Of a DNA stretch of 64,000 nt, positions 50,050-62,769 are shown in pieces. The notes under the pieces were generated by a model that had not been told where the DNA came from, did not search any database, and was given only the letters and a program-made list of their open reading frames with translations. Within the stretch, counting starts at the first letter, position 1, and each line of letters starts with the position of its first letter. The stretch is from Lama glama (Eukaryota), in assembly GCA_028534125.1 (NCBI GenBank), contig CM052817.1:96350001-96414000 (forward strand), in the 5' to 3' direction. Both the position numbers and the translations under genes were made by a program.

Positions 50050-50240
50050 TATGTATTTATCGTATGCTGGGCCTGTGTTCAGTCCTTTACAATCATCAAA
50101 CAATTTAGTCTTATTTTATGCTTTTATGCCACTAGCTAGGTTTCATTATCCTCGTTTAACAGATGAGAAATCTGAGGCCCCAAATAGACAATATTACTTG
50201 CCTAAAGTCACAGAGCTCGCATGTAGCACACTGACCCAAA
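50050..50240 (-). mobile_element. MIR SINE
   Basis: 'cattatcctcgtttaacagatgagaaatctgaggcccc...ttacttgcctaaagtcacagagct'. Confidence 0.75.
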
Positions 50241-50354
50241 CCTCAGATTTCAAACTCTCTCTCCATTCTGTTACTTCCATTGGCCAGATGTGGAGGTGCC
50301 AGGCATTGACTTTTATTTTTATTCATAATATTTATCACTGACAGCAGATTTAGT

Positions 50355-50550
50355 CGTCCATTTATAGCCAAGTGATCATGAGCAAGATACTTAACCTATC
50401 TGTGCTTCATCTGCACAAATGGGAATTATTACAGCACCTACCTTAGAATAGAGTCATGAGAAATTAACAGAGTTAATGTATATAAAAGAATCACAACAAT
50501 ACTCGGTCAATTGTAAGCATTATTTAGCTGTTAATTATCATTATTAGTAG
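50355..50550 (+). mobile_element. MIR SINE
   Basis: 'gagcaagatacttaacctatctgtgcttcatctg...gcacctacctta...gagttaatgtatataaaag'. Confidence 0.75.
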
Positions 50551-50614
50551 TCGCGTAGCAGTAGTAGTAGTAATGACAATAGTAGTAATAATCGTAATGG
50601 TTCATTCATAGGTT

Positions 50615-50755
50615 TAGGGATTTATTATTATCTGCCTCCTACTCTACAACGTAAGCTCCGTAAGAGCAGAGACTTTGTTTTGTCCACTACTATGTTCTCA
50701 TTGTCAAAAACGGGGCTGAGCACAAACATAATAATTATTTGACTGCATGAATACA
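50615..50755 (+). mobile_element. LINE-2 3' terminus
   Basis: 'gtaagctccgtaagagcagagactttgttttgtccact...gcaca...atttgactgcatgaat'. Confidence 0.65.
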
Positions 50756-51300
50756 TAAAAGACTTCAAGCCTTCATACCCCTTTTTCTGTGACTTTTGGG
50801 ATTTGGGTAGCTAAAATTCACAAGTGGGTGAGCAGTCTCCGAGGTCAAAGCTATCCACACCTAGTCCAGCACCCCATCTGCCCAGAGACAAAGTGGGTAC
50901 CGCGTGTGTTCAAGTCATTCTTCATTCCCTTCATATTGTCCTTTCCTCTCCATCCCATTAAAAAAATGAATCTGTCCTTAATTTTATTGCTTCCTCCGTG
51001 GTAGGGGATACCCAATTAGTCTTGCAACCTACCATGCTGTTTAAATTTTTCTAACATCCCTTGCAACTCTAAATTCTAAAAACCCTGATCTCATGTGACT
51101 GTGTGGGTGTTTCAGTTTGCTGTATGTGTAATATTAGTTTATCAAAAATGTGCTAATATTTACCCTCTGTCTGGTAATGAATGCCTTCTTCCACAGGAGT
51201 AGCTTTAGTGATAGAACTCAGGCATCAAGGCTAACTTCTTGGGGGAAAAAATGGTGCTGATAAAGTCTTGAGAAATCCCGGTCACATCGCATGTTTTTGT

Positions 51301-51310
51301 TTCCCGGAAG
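51301..51310. promoter_or_regulatory. Consensus GAS (STAT) site overlapping an ETS core
   Basis: TTCCCGGAA(G) is a perfect TTCN3GAA and contains CCGGAAG. Confidence 0.35.
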
Positions 51311-52739
51311 CAGGAGCTCTCTGGTTCATCCAATGAGCATCTTCTCCTGGCTGTACTAGAGACACAGGCTTCATTCCTGACCTGTTGAGGAATTTAACTT
51401 CCCTCTCTCCTTTGAAAAGCAGCAGAGTTTCCTGAGAGAAATCATAAGTGAGGGTAGGAAAAAAAAAAAAAAAAGAGCAAAGAACCGAAGGAGAGGACAA
51501 GAAATTGGTAAAGTATGTGCAGCTGCCAAAGAGAAAGGGCTGGTGGAAGGGAAATGGGAGAGCAAAAAAGAGAGCTGCAAAATAAAGAGGAAAAGGGGGA
51601 GGATATACAAGGGAAAAGCAGAGAGCAGGAGAATGAGCTCAGCAAGAAGGTAGTGAAATGCAAAGGATTCCACCAGACGACTGAGACGGCCCAGCAGGGA
51701 AAAGTGGGCAAAGAGAAGGAGACAGGATGTAAATACACTGAGACGTGGGGTAGCCACTGTCAGTTACGTAGGTAACGAAAGACTGGCGGTCTGAATAACG
51801 AGCATGTTGCTCATTTATAATTCTGGTGGTTTAAGCTACTTATGATACATCGAGGTGTCCCATTTAATTTTACTAGGTTATAGCTATAATTTTATTCTTT
51901 TACGTGAAATCAATTATTTTCACATATTATGTACAGAGGGACCTTATCAACGGATAGAAGTGATATTATTTCACTTAAAAGCCATTATTATCCAGACATG
52001 AATTAACCTTATGTTGCTGGAGTCTTCCTGGTGGTGCCCAGCTGCGCTCAACACTGTTCTTAACAAAATTAAGTATGGCGATACCTGTTTACAGAAAGCA
52101 GAGCAGTTATTTCCCAGGAAATAAGACATGATTTAAATGTTTCGGCTTAATTTAGCTGTGAAAAATGGACACTGACAGAACCAGGCAGAGTAGCAGAAAA
52201 GCCAGCTCACAGATGTACAGGCGTTGCTGTACGTAGCAAGCTCAAGAGTCTTTTGTGTGCAGAGCGGTACCAGCCGCAGTGCCCCACACAAGCCACGTGA
52301 TGCTCAGCATTCACAACTTTTTCAGCGTCTGTAAGCAGAGGGCTTGCAGTGCTTTACAGTTAAGATGGAATCTGCCTGAAGGGCAGAATGTAGTTGGAGT
52401 CAAGAGAAGCATTTTGTATGAAATAAAGAAGACTAGTAATTATCTTTGGTTCTCTGCTTCCTTGACACTGTGTTCTTCAAAGCAAGTCTCGTCCTCCCCT
52501 GATGAGCAATTACGCATCTTCTTCACACTGGTCACCAATCCCTCGTGCTTATTCTGAAACAACGGCATCCCAAATCTGTGCTGCTTAGTGTAATGGCCAG
52601 TTTCTAACATGCCAGGATGACTGTCATGAGGACTTTTGACCAAAGGTTGCCCATTGGATTGGGACAGTCTCCAGTAGGGCCAAAGGTAATCAAATGCAGC
52701 TTCCAGTTGTCTTCCCATGTTCCCAAAAATTGTTTCAAA

Positions 52740-52950
52740 GTTACTGGCAGATACACAGTACTGTATATAAAATAGATAAACAACAAGGACCTACTGTAAA
52801 GCACAGGGAACCATATTCAATATCTTGTAATAAACTATGATGGAAATGAATCTGAAAAAGAATCACTTTGCTGTATGCCTGAAACATAAATCAACTATAC
52901 TTCAATAAAATAATAATAATAATAACAGCAAAATATAAAAGTAAAAAATA
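52740..52950 (+). mobile_element. 5'-truncated L1 3'UTR with internal deletions
   Basis: 'aacaacaaggacctactgtaaagcacagggaaccatattcaatatcttgtaa...atcaactatacttcaataaaa', colinear with the L1s at 19937 and 22127. Confidence 0.85.
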
Positions 52951-55900
52951 AAGTTACTGACATAAGCTGAGCATGCTTGTTCCTTTCTGGTGATGACAGG
53001 CACTAGGGCAGACAATACACTGTTAACATCAACATAAGTGATCAGATAAAATTGTTGGATTTGGTGATTATCTTCTGAGAGCCAAATCTGCTTGTAGCTT
53101 TCGGAGTTCATGCCCACCGATGGCGTTAAACACTTAGAGCCTCTCATCATGAAAGGACACCATGTCTACAATTAACTTTCCAATGGGCAGATCAGCCCTT
53201 GTCAATGTCCTGTTTAATATTTAAACATACTCTACTGTCATTTGTCTCTGCTTACTCAGTGGCCATCTGTAGAACCCATATGAATAAAAATGGAGATGTG
53301 GGGCAAAAAACATATTGAAAATCATTGAGTTGAACAGACTAGTGGGAAGGTTGAGTCTACTCAAACACCTGTCTTCCACCCTCCCACCATCTGTGCAATC
53401 ACTTCACCCTCCAACCTCACTCACGCCTACAATTATCCTGTCAAGAGTAGAGTGCATCACACGTGGATTTAATATGGGTTTACTATGGCCCGTTGAGTTT
53501 AATGTTGATTTCCTTTAAGTAACTGTTTCTGCTTTTGCTAAAAGTCTGTGTCTATGTGTCTATGTTTAATTTGGATGATGAGTCCATCTAAGGCAAAAGC
53601 CAGATTCTGTGTTTTGTAAAGAGACTAGATCAAATAATAAGCAGATGACAGGCCATCCAACTAAGTAAAAACAGCAGAATGATGCATAATTCACAGGTTA
53701 CTGTGAAGTTAAAACAGAAGGTTAATATTTTAATGCAGTCTTAAGAATTCTTGCCCTCAAATTCTCCATATGTCTCTAACAATCACCTACATACAGCTAT
53801 AAAGGAAAGGGGAGGAACTCATATGTAATCCAGATCTACCATATATGTGTGATGCTAGATGGTTTATATTCATTTTCTCAGCTAACAAAACAGTTCCTCA
53901 AGGTGAGTACTTTAAGACAAGGGACCAGAGGGGCTGAGATTTTAATTTTCTTGGGATACAAGCATAAATCTATCTGTTTCAAAAGTATGTGTTCTTTCCT
54001 CTAAGTGGTCTTATCATTTACCTGATGATAGTACATCACCTGAATGATTCAACCCTCTAAGGGTCTCACCACACCATGTGTAATACATTATGCTACATTC
54101 TCTGTAGGAAGCAAAAAAATGATTAGGAAAAGAATGGAAATTGTAAGAAATTGTCCACCTAGTTACCTAGATAAAACATCTTTAGAGCTGAAAGCAATTG
54201 AATAGCCGTAATTGCTCCATTCCCATCCAATCATTTTTTCACTCAAAACATACTGTTTTGATTGCCAACTATATGCCAGGCACTGGGATAGACATTCAGG
54301 ACAGAATGATGAGTATGATGGAAATGTTCTCTGTAACCTGGGAGCTGTGTGTCGATAGAGCCCAGCATAGGACTGATTGGCCTTTGGGTTCTGAAGTGGT
54401 GTGTGGCTCCACGTGGCCTGCTTTGGAATATGAGAAATCAAGTACAATTAGATGCTTCTTCTTTGAAATAACTTATGAAATTTAAAGAAGGCAGCAGGAT
54501 CTGTAATGTTTTCTATTTAGCCAGGTTTAAAATATTTATTTTATCTGATATACTTCAACCACAGTATTTCATAAATGTAAGGTGAGTTGTTAAAGGAAAA
54601 GTTTGCAGTTGATTTTCTGAATTTGCTGGCATGCTTACACCACTGAGCACCTTTATATTCTGTAGGTATATTGAGGAAAGGGACAGCTGGCTTTCAATTA
54701 CAGTGCACAGCACCTCAGAACTGAACCCAGAAATTCCTATTTAAATAGGAAGGTACTTGGAATCATTCAGCAGCATGAACAAGTCATAAGTCATTCCCAA
54801 AGGAAAATTTACCCCCTTCCCTGGTTTCTGAGCCAAAAGTAGAGAGTGGCATTCACTGATTCCTCATCTCAGTAAGGTCAATCCAAACTCTGTAAGAGAT
54901 ATATTGAATATGTCACATCAGTCTCTTTGCTGTTTGGATGAAATGCGCTTTGTGCTGTCCTTAAATTAGACACTCATCATGCATAATTTGGCCCTAACAT
55001 AGGACAGCTGCTGGCTTTTACAAGGCTTTCAACCCAGAGCTGATTGCACCCATTGTTGGTCTTACTGTGAGCATTACTTAATCAATTCTGTGATATATGC
55101 ATCATTTGATTTGATGATAAAACATAGACAAGAATTATCTGGAGAAAAGCATAGTATCTTTATCTTCACCTAGAAAAATTAACTCTGAAGTAATTATATT
55201 AAAAGGCATTAGGCTATTATACCTGGAAAGTATTTTTTAATTAAAATTCACTTTAATATTAAATATTATTCTGTGACTGTTTATGAAAAAGAAGAGAGCG
55301 AATGTCTCATCAGTTTGTTCAAAGAGGCAACTGACCAGGATGGGTCTCCTGGATAAATCAAGAATCAGGAAGTCATGAATTTAACTTTAAAACTTTCCTA
55401 ACACACTTACTCCCTTCTTCTGCCATCTGTAAAATTGGGGGGGGGGGTCCTCAACAAGCATTTACATGAAGACTTTGAGATGGAAATTGTTACCACAGAT
55501 AAGCAAAATGTGATCCTCAGAGTACAGTTCTAAATTTAAACACCAAAACAATTAGTATCTGCTACTAATCGAACACCATGTAGTAGATTCTGTTAGCGAT
55601 GGTTTATGTATTTGAAAAGTGGGGACACTTAGGAGACAGCGAATGCAATCACTGCAAGCACTAGTCCGCCACCTTTTATTTTTTGAGTGTGTGTATTTCT
55701 CACTTCTAATTGGAATCATTGTTTTACAAATAAGATGACTGAGGAATGGAGAAACCTACAAAATCACAGTGAGTTAGATAAGGATATACTGCGGCAGTTC
55801 CTCAGTTTATAAATTTTACTCTTAATCCCACCCAGCTAAACAAAGAGGTAGAAACTTAAATCATATCTTAGATGATAAAGGTCAAGAAAAGCTGTGTCAT

Positions 55901-56444
55901 GAGCACAATTAACATTTCTCAAATTATAAAGTAAAATTTGGCTAAGGGGATGTATTCAAATTTTCACTGCCAGTGTGCGCTAACTGCACATTTAACAGTT
56001 AAATTGGATTTCATGGATTTATCATTTATTCTACATGCCATTTATGACATTGGAGCTATGTGTTTAGGAGTGATGTACTTTGAAGAACTATTTTGGGAGT
56101 TAAGCAATTATCTACTTCTTCTATATACACAATTGTACATATGTGTGCATATGTATACACACACACACAAGCACAAGAGACAGAGTTCATTAAACAGAGT
56201 TCTTTTATAAATAGCGTTCGACTGAATCCAACTACTTGTTCTGCACATAGCTGATTTAATTCAACTAGTTTTGTCAAGTTAATTTGATTATGTAGACTCA
56301 CTTTATATTCAAGATCTTTGATTTATTTACTCTGTTTCATAAGGCAGAATCTTGTAAAATTAAATAAGAAACAATCAAAGGATTCTCTACATTTAGTCTC
56401 TATATCTAGGAAAAAAACATGATTCATCATTTAAAAAAACTAAT

Positions 56445-56730
56445 TTTTTTCTTTTCTTTTTTTTACTGAAGTATAGTCAGTTACAATGTGTCAATTTCTG
56501 GTGTACAGCACAATGTCCCAATCATGCATATATATACATAGATTTGCTTTCATATTCTTTTCATTAAAGGTTATTACAAGATATTGACTATAGTTCCCTA
56601 TCCTATACAGAAGAAATTTGTTTTTTATCTATTTTTATACATAGTGGTTAACCTTTGAAAATCTCAAACTCCCAAATTTATCACTTTCCATCCCCTTTCC
56701 CCTGGTAACCATAAAATTGTTTACTATGTC
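56445..56730 (-). mobile_element. 5'-truncated L1 3'UTR
   Basis: T-rich tail, then 'tactgaagtatagtcagttacaatgtgtcaatttctggtgtacagc...tggtaaccataa'. Confidence 0.88.
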
Positions 56731-57117
56731 ATTTTTTAAAGAATGACCCAGAAAAGTCAGTCTAGGACCATATGTTTTAGTCTTTCTATAAGCATCAACT
56801 TTATAGATAATTTCTTTGTAACTTATTTCATTTGTAGAATTGTAGGAGTCTTCATATAAAAATATATAGAGAAAAATTTCCCATCAAGAATCCTCATCTG
56901 AATCTAAATGACATCAGAAATTTTAGTTTACAAGGAGTTTCTAAATGCACATAAATGATGGGTATAAGATAGCCTCCACTGAAGTATATGGACTTTAAAA
57001 AAAAAACAACCCTTTAAGTAAATCTTCAAAAAGAAACAAAAGAAAATCATATTAACAAATGTTTTTAAAGACTCTCAGACATAATTTTTTCATACTTTCC
57101 AGTGATATATTGAGACA

Positions 57118-57217
57118 GAAGGAAGGATGGAAGCAAGGAAGGAGAAAGAGAAGGAGAAAGAGAGAAAAAAAAAGAAAGAAGAAAGAAAAAAAAGAAACGA
57201 AAGAGAGAGAGAGAGAA
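57118..57217. repeat. GA-rich low-complexity polypurine tract
   Basis: Seen directly: almost all A and G for about 100 bp. Confidence 0.85.
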
Positions 57218-58294
57218 ATGATTTACGCTTCTACCATGAAAATAATGCAGTGAGGTCACACTGACTACTGAGGGTGGAGGCTGACACTTTATGCTAACAT
57301 AATGATACTCAATGTTCTTTCTGTCATTTCTTAGAGATGTTTTGGCATTTAACATTGATATCTTTTGAGGCATTTCCTAAAGGATATTGTAATTGTCATA
57401 GGGTAAGTGCAATTTTACTATTCAGGCTACTTTGTCTTTTTTTTCCCCCCTTAAACTAAAAGCTATATTCTCCTTTAGAAATTGTTTTGTTCTCTAGTCT
57501 AAAAGGAAAAGAAAAAGGAAGTCAATGTTGAGATGAGTTAACTGCAGTGTGTGGAGACTGGGAAAATGTAGTAATTGTATAATTTTATGTTGGTAGTGAT
57601 GTATGTGGGTGCTGCTGCAGAGTCTGTTTAAAAAGCTGAGTTGGATGACCTAAAAAGAATGGAAAGCATCTATCCAAAGTCACTGAAGAATTTGAAGAAT
57701 CCATCAAAGAGTCTGCAATGAAGAAATTCACAGGAAAAAAGGAAATCTGTCCCACATTATGTAAATGAAACATATGTAAACTGTGTCTACATGGGGATGT
57801 ATTTTCAACTCTCTTCCATTTTGCTATGACACACTTCAAGGTTTTGTCCCAGGGAACCACAAAGGAAAAAAAATCACTTAAGTACACAAACAAACACGTA
57901 TGTTCAGAGGGGAAGAGCTTTTAGCATCTGCATCAATCAATCCATCTTAGGAGATGTTTCAATCAGTAAGTTATAGACGGGCGATCAGGAAGGAGTAACC
58001 ACCAGGAAAGTTGAGAGCAGAAGCAGTGAGTCTATTAGGGTCATGTTCATGAGTTCTACTCAAGATTCATATGAATAGTTATTTTTCAAAAAATGAGGTG
58101 AGCCACTGTCTGCTTTTCAACTAAGAACTGAAAACTCGTTTACCCACTCATTCAAAAAATATTATTGAATACCTTCTGTATGCCAGACATCACTGCACAT
58201 GCTAGAAGGGAAAAACCAATAATTGACTTGGGTTTTCTCAAATTGATGTGTCTTATGAAGGTAAATGAAGGAGAGAACTGCAAATAATGGCAAG

Positions 58295-58636
58295 TGTTAT
58301 GAATTGAATGTGTCTCCCCAAAATTCGTAACTGAAACCCTAGTCCCCACTGTGATGGTACTTGGAAGTGGGGCCTTTGGGAGGTACTTAAGATTAGATGA
58401 GGCTGTGAGGGAAGACCCTCATGAGGGGATGAGTGTCCTTATAAGAACAGACGAGACAGCTTGCACACTCTGTCCCCTATGTGACAAGATGGCAGCGAGC
58501 AAGAGGGCCCTGACCGAGAACCTGGCCACACTGACACCCTGTGCTCAAGAACTTCCAGAATCCAGAACTGTGAGAAATAAAGGTCTGTCACCCAGTCTCT
58601 GGCCTTTTGTTATAGCAGTCCAAGCAGACTAAGAAA
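58295..58636 (+). mobile_element. MaLR solo LTR (MLT1A-like)
   Basis: Starts 'tgttatgaattgaatgtgtctccccaaaattc' and ends 'ttgttatagcagtccaagcagactaaga'. 5-bp TSD gcaag/acaag. Confidence 0.88.
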
Positions 58637-61600
58637 ACAAGAGCGGGTACTTTCAGGAGAGGAAGCGGGGTTGGATTTCAATAATAAGAGGTACTACCTA
58701 GAGATGACCATCAAGGCCTTTATATTTGGACAGTTTACCTTCACCGTCACTGATTTACACCAAAGCAGACCAACAAGCTAGACAGGGCTAAACCAGCGTG
58801 GTTCATGTGTCTCCCAATAGTCAAAGGTCTGGTGGAGAGAGTCAGGCTCTCCTGTGCTCTCCTCCTGGCTTAGCCACCGTGCAGGTAACATGTGGCTTGA
58901 ACTTCTCAACCTTTCTGAGCCGTGGGAATCTCCTTTGTACAGCAAGGGATCAAAACTTTTCTGGATCCTCTCTATTACTATTTTGAAACCTGCAGGCACC
59001 CCAGATATGCGCCAGTATTCTGGGATAAAGACGTTTAGCTTAGCCCTACCAATGGCTCACCAAAAATCCATTTCTGCTCCTAGAGAAAATAACTCACAAC
59101 ATGTTCCACCATGCCTGAATTAGTAGCATCATTATTAAATACGAGACTGAGAACCCTTAGCTTTCCTGTAGATGTGATTTAAAACCCAATTTGCTAGGCT
59201 GCACTTTGTTTCTAAGTTACTTGCTTTTTTTTTTAACTTAATTTTAAAAATAGCTTGTTTTAGATTACATCCTCTGCTCTAAATATGAGTGGATATATTT
59301 TTTAAAACACAGTGTTCTGATGTACATTTATTTTTTTCAAAACGGATGTTAAATCTTAAACTCAAATCAAAAGAGTAAAATTTTCCCTTTACTCCAAGAT
59401 TAACACAGGGCAGCCATTCCATGGTCCAAGTCTTCAAATATTTGCTTGGCTTAGGAAGACCTTTCTCAATTATCTGTCATCCCTGCTTGGATTCTGATAG
59501 ATGTATGAGATCAGACTCATTCTGAGCCAAACCAAGCTTTTTAACTTGTCAAATGTGTTCTTCGTGGAAATGGGATTGTGGTGCAGGGAGAATTCAATGA
59601 CACTCTTCAGATGAATGGCACATATAATAATACTTATCGTAAAAATATAATTATATCAATATGATACACATTTCGAGGTATATGATTGCAGACACTGGAG
59701 TCTGAGCAAGAAAACTGAGAGACATTTTCCCTGAATGTAAGCATATTTACATGCCCTTCTTTTAAAACATCCCTCGGCTTTATCCTTCTAAAGCTTTCGC
59801 CTGGTTCTGCTTGCTTTCCTCTGAGATGACGTCCCTGGAGTCTGCAAACCCTGGTCATGTCTTCCAGTGCTGCAAAGTCTGTAAGGATTCAGAGTTCAGT
59901 TATTTCTGGGAGGAATAAATATAGAACCAGAAGAACTTGTCTGCAACAAAGACCTTATTTAGGGATCATGAAAACCACCTAATGGATGTTATTAGCATTT
60001 GGGTTTCAAAGCCGAACGCTTTTTAAGTGCTTGCTTTCAAATTTTCTCCCTCCTCGTAGTTGGAGCACTTTGTTAGCGCTTGGCTTCTTTCCCAAATAGT
60101 ATCATTTGTATAATGGAATCTTATAAACACACTGAGAAATCTGAAGATCACTCAGTTGAAGGAAGAATCCTTTCTCTTGGTACCCTCGGAATTTTAGACT
60201 GGGCTCATTAGCGCCCAAACCTAATATAAACCTATCAGAGCACTCTCTCTTCTTAGTGAGTTAAAGAGGGGTTTTAAAAGATCATTATTTTTGTGTTTTG
60301 TCTCCCTTCCACGAGTTTGAAAATGCAGCTCTCTGCTCCAACACCTTCCTTACAAATGATGTTTTCTCGTAAGGAACAACTCTCACCCCTGCGGTTACTC
60401 TTTTTCTTGATTCCCACTTTCTTGTTTTCCTGGCATGCCTCAGGTTTCTTTCAAGCATCATTCCTTTTATTTCCAACCATATTTTGTTGGTTCGTGGGGC
60501 TCATTAAGTCCTTGCCTGTGTTGGCTTTCTCCAACCAGCGCTTTCCCTCAGCTCTTGGTCTGCGCATCCCCCCTGGACCACGAACCACCACCCGGCTCCT
60601 TCTCTATCTCGCCTGCTCCACATTCTCCCTTCCCACGACTCCACTCTCAAGTTTACTGCCAGCCTGGAACTTTTTGAGTAACTTTGCAAAGCTCCTGGGT
60701 TCCATCTCTCTGTCTGTCTCACTCCTCCATAAGGGGCAGTCGGAACCGAGCCAGCTTGCATCTCCTGGAGTTGAGGTGGGCGGCAAAAAGCCCTCCGTTT
60801 CGCCTGCTGGAAGACTCCCGCTTCCTCGCGGTGGAGACATCGTGCTCTTCGGGAGAGACTGTAGTGGGGCTGTCACTCTCCGCCGGGTTCAGAGGGTTTT
60901 TTGTTTTTTTTTTATTGTCCCTGTCAGTTAGCAGCCCAAGGTTACTGCCAGCTCTCTGTCAGGGCTTTGATTTTTGTCAGCTATGGCCAGGTCCTTTTAG
61001 TTATCTGCTATCTTTTCAGCTTTGTTCAGGCTGAGCTCTACTTGTCTACTAATTAGCTCTTTGGAGATTTCCCTTTAAAAACTCACTATCACAGAGGACA
61101 GGAACCGTTCAAAAGTTTTGTGCTTCATAGAAATTCCATATTCATCCATATCTCGTACAGCCATATCTTTAAAATTAAAAGTGGCAGGTTAGGCCAATTT
61201 ACGGTATAGAAGTAACATCTTCTATAAAGGGAGACCTTCAGGTTCTTGGTCAGGTATGGAGATGAGTGACAGAGAAAGGAAAGGGTTTACATCAAAAAAA
61301 AAAAACAACACTGAGAGGGTACAAATTAAAAAGAAACTATCACTCTGTATAACATATTCACATTTTCTTTATCTTCTGGTGTGCAAATATTGTGCTAGCT
61401 GAATATAAAAGTAGCACAACTTTAGGGTACAAAAAAAAAACACACTGTAATAACATCAAGAGTGGTCTTACATCAAGGAGGGCCCTGAGGATGTCTTTGT
61501 TGTCAACTTCAGAAGAAAAGAGAGGAACAGAAGAGGAAGCTGGCAGAAGGAATAGATGCCAAAGAGAACTCAAAGGATTAGGTCCGGGTGAGGTGATCGG

Positions 61601-61850
61601 TATTCGAAAACAGTCTGCCTTCTGGCTCTGATCTAAGGGAATAGGCTGGCAGCCAAGCCAGAGGGCATAGCAGCACAAACACACCTTCAGCACACTGCTT
61701 GAGGGGTGCCTCGGTGCCTTAAAAATTGCAATGGCAATTAGAGAGGAGGCTCTGTAAGAGCAATAGGCAAAATACTCTATTTACAGAGAAAGCTCCGCTC
61801 TTTGCATAATTCCTAACCTGGTTGTCCCCTCCATACAAACATACCTTTAC

Positions 61851-61918
61851 TTTTTTTTTTCTTTTTCTTTCTTTCTTTTTTTTCTTTTCCTTTTTTTTTC
61901 TTTTTTTTTTTTTTTTTT
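61851..61918. repeat. Long T-rich tract
   Basis: Seen directly. No adjacent retroelement body or TSD recognised. Confidence 0.9.
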
Positions 61919-62769
61919 GTGGCCCTCTCCTTTCTTTTGCTAGGCTCCCAAGCACATTTTTCCTTCTGCTAACTTCATGCTGTGGTTAAGTTGCGCTTAC
62001 ACTGCATTTACACACTGTTAATGCCTGCAAGATGAAAGTAAAAACCTTTGAATATATTAATGCTATAACACAGATGTCTTACTTTTTACTCTCTCTCTCC
62101 CTCTTTTTTTTTTTTTAAGCAAGTTGATGTGGCTAATAATGATGCAGATTGTGCTGGATGGATGTGCAGATGAAACAGGGGAATATAGATTAAATAAAAA
62201 TTTCTTCAAAGCTTACGTTTGCTTCATAATTTAACTTCTGGGCTTGTCTCAGTGGTAGTAGGTGTGACCAGGCATCATAACATTGTTCTGAAACATCTTG
62301 GCATCACAGAGCAGAAATCACCCGAACAGCACGGCTGTACTTCTTCGCAGCCAGAGGAAAATAATAAGGGAAAATAAAGGTTGTCAGCAGCTCTGTACAG
62401 ACAGGCCTAACCCAGCTGCTAATAACGGGGGAGCTGAGGGAAGTCAGGGACAGCGGTTCTGTGCTTAAGAAGTAATCTGCTTGTATACTGAACTTGGCTT
62501 TTTGCAGCTACATTCAAAGCATGAGTTGCTTCTTCTTCCAGAATATTGAATGAGATGTGCACCAGCCGTGGTCACATACTCACCCTGGAAACATCCATGG
62601 AATGACTTTGTCATTGAGCTCTTTTAAACAATGAATAAAGTGGGTGTTGATGACATATGGCCTTGGAGTAGGCACAGTCCATTTCTCTTTCACATCTGTT
62701 CATTCTAGCAGCATTTGCTAGCATGCCACTCCATGCCAGGGAACTCACTAGGTCCCGAGGATAAAAGAT

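Noticed and set aside
57059..57373. K/R/E-rich and F/S/L-rich ORFs, also 61719-61955
   Set aside because: Translations of low-complexity purine or pyrimidine tracts.
60343..60376. Short hairpin ttccttac/gtaaggaa enclosing ATGATG (possible C/D snoRNA)
   Set aside because: The C box is imperfect, there is no D box (CTGA) inside the stem, and it is too short.
60293..60931. 212-aa ORF, the longest real-sequence ORF
   Set aside because: Non-ATG start, L/S/F/P-rich composition explained by pyrimidine skew, and no recognisable protein similarity.
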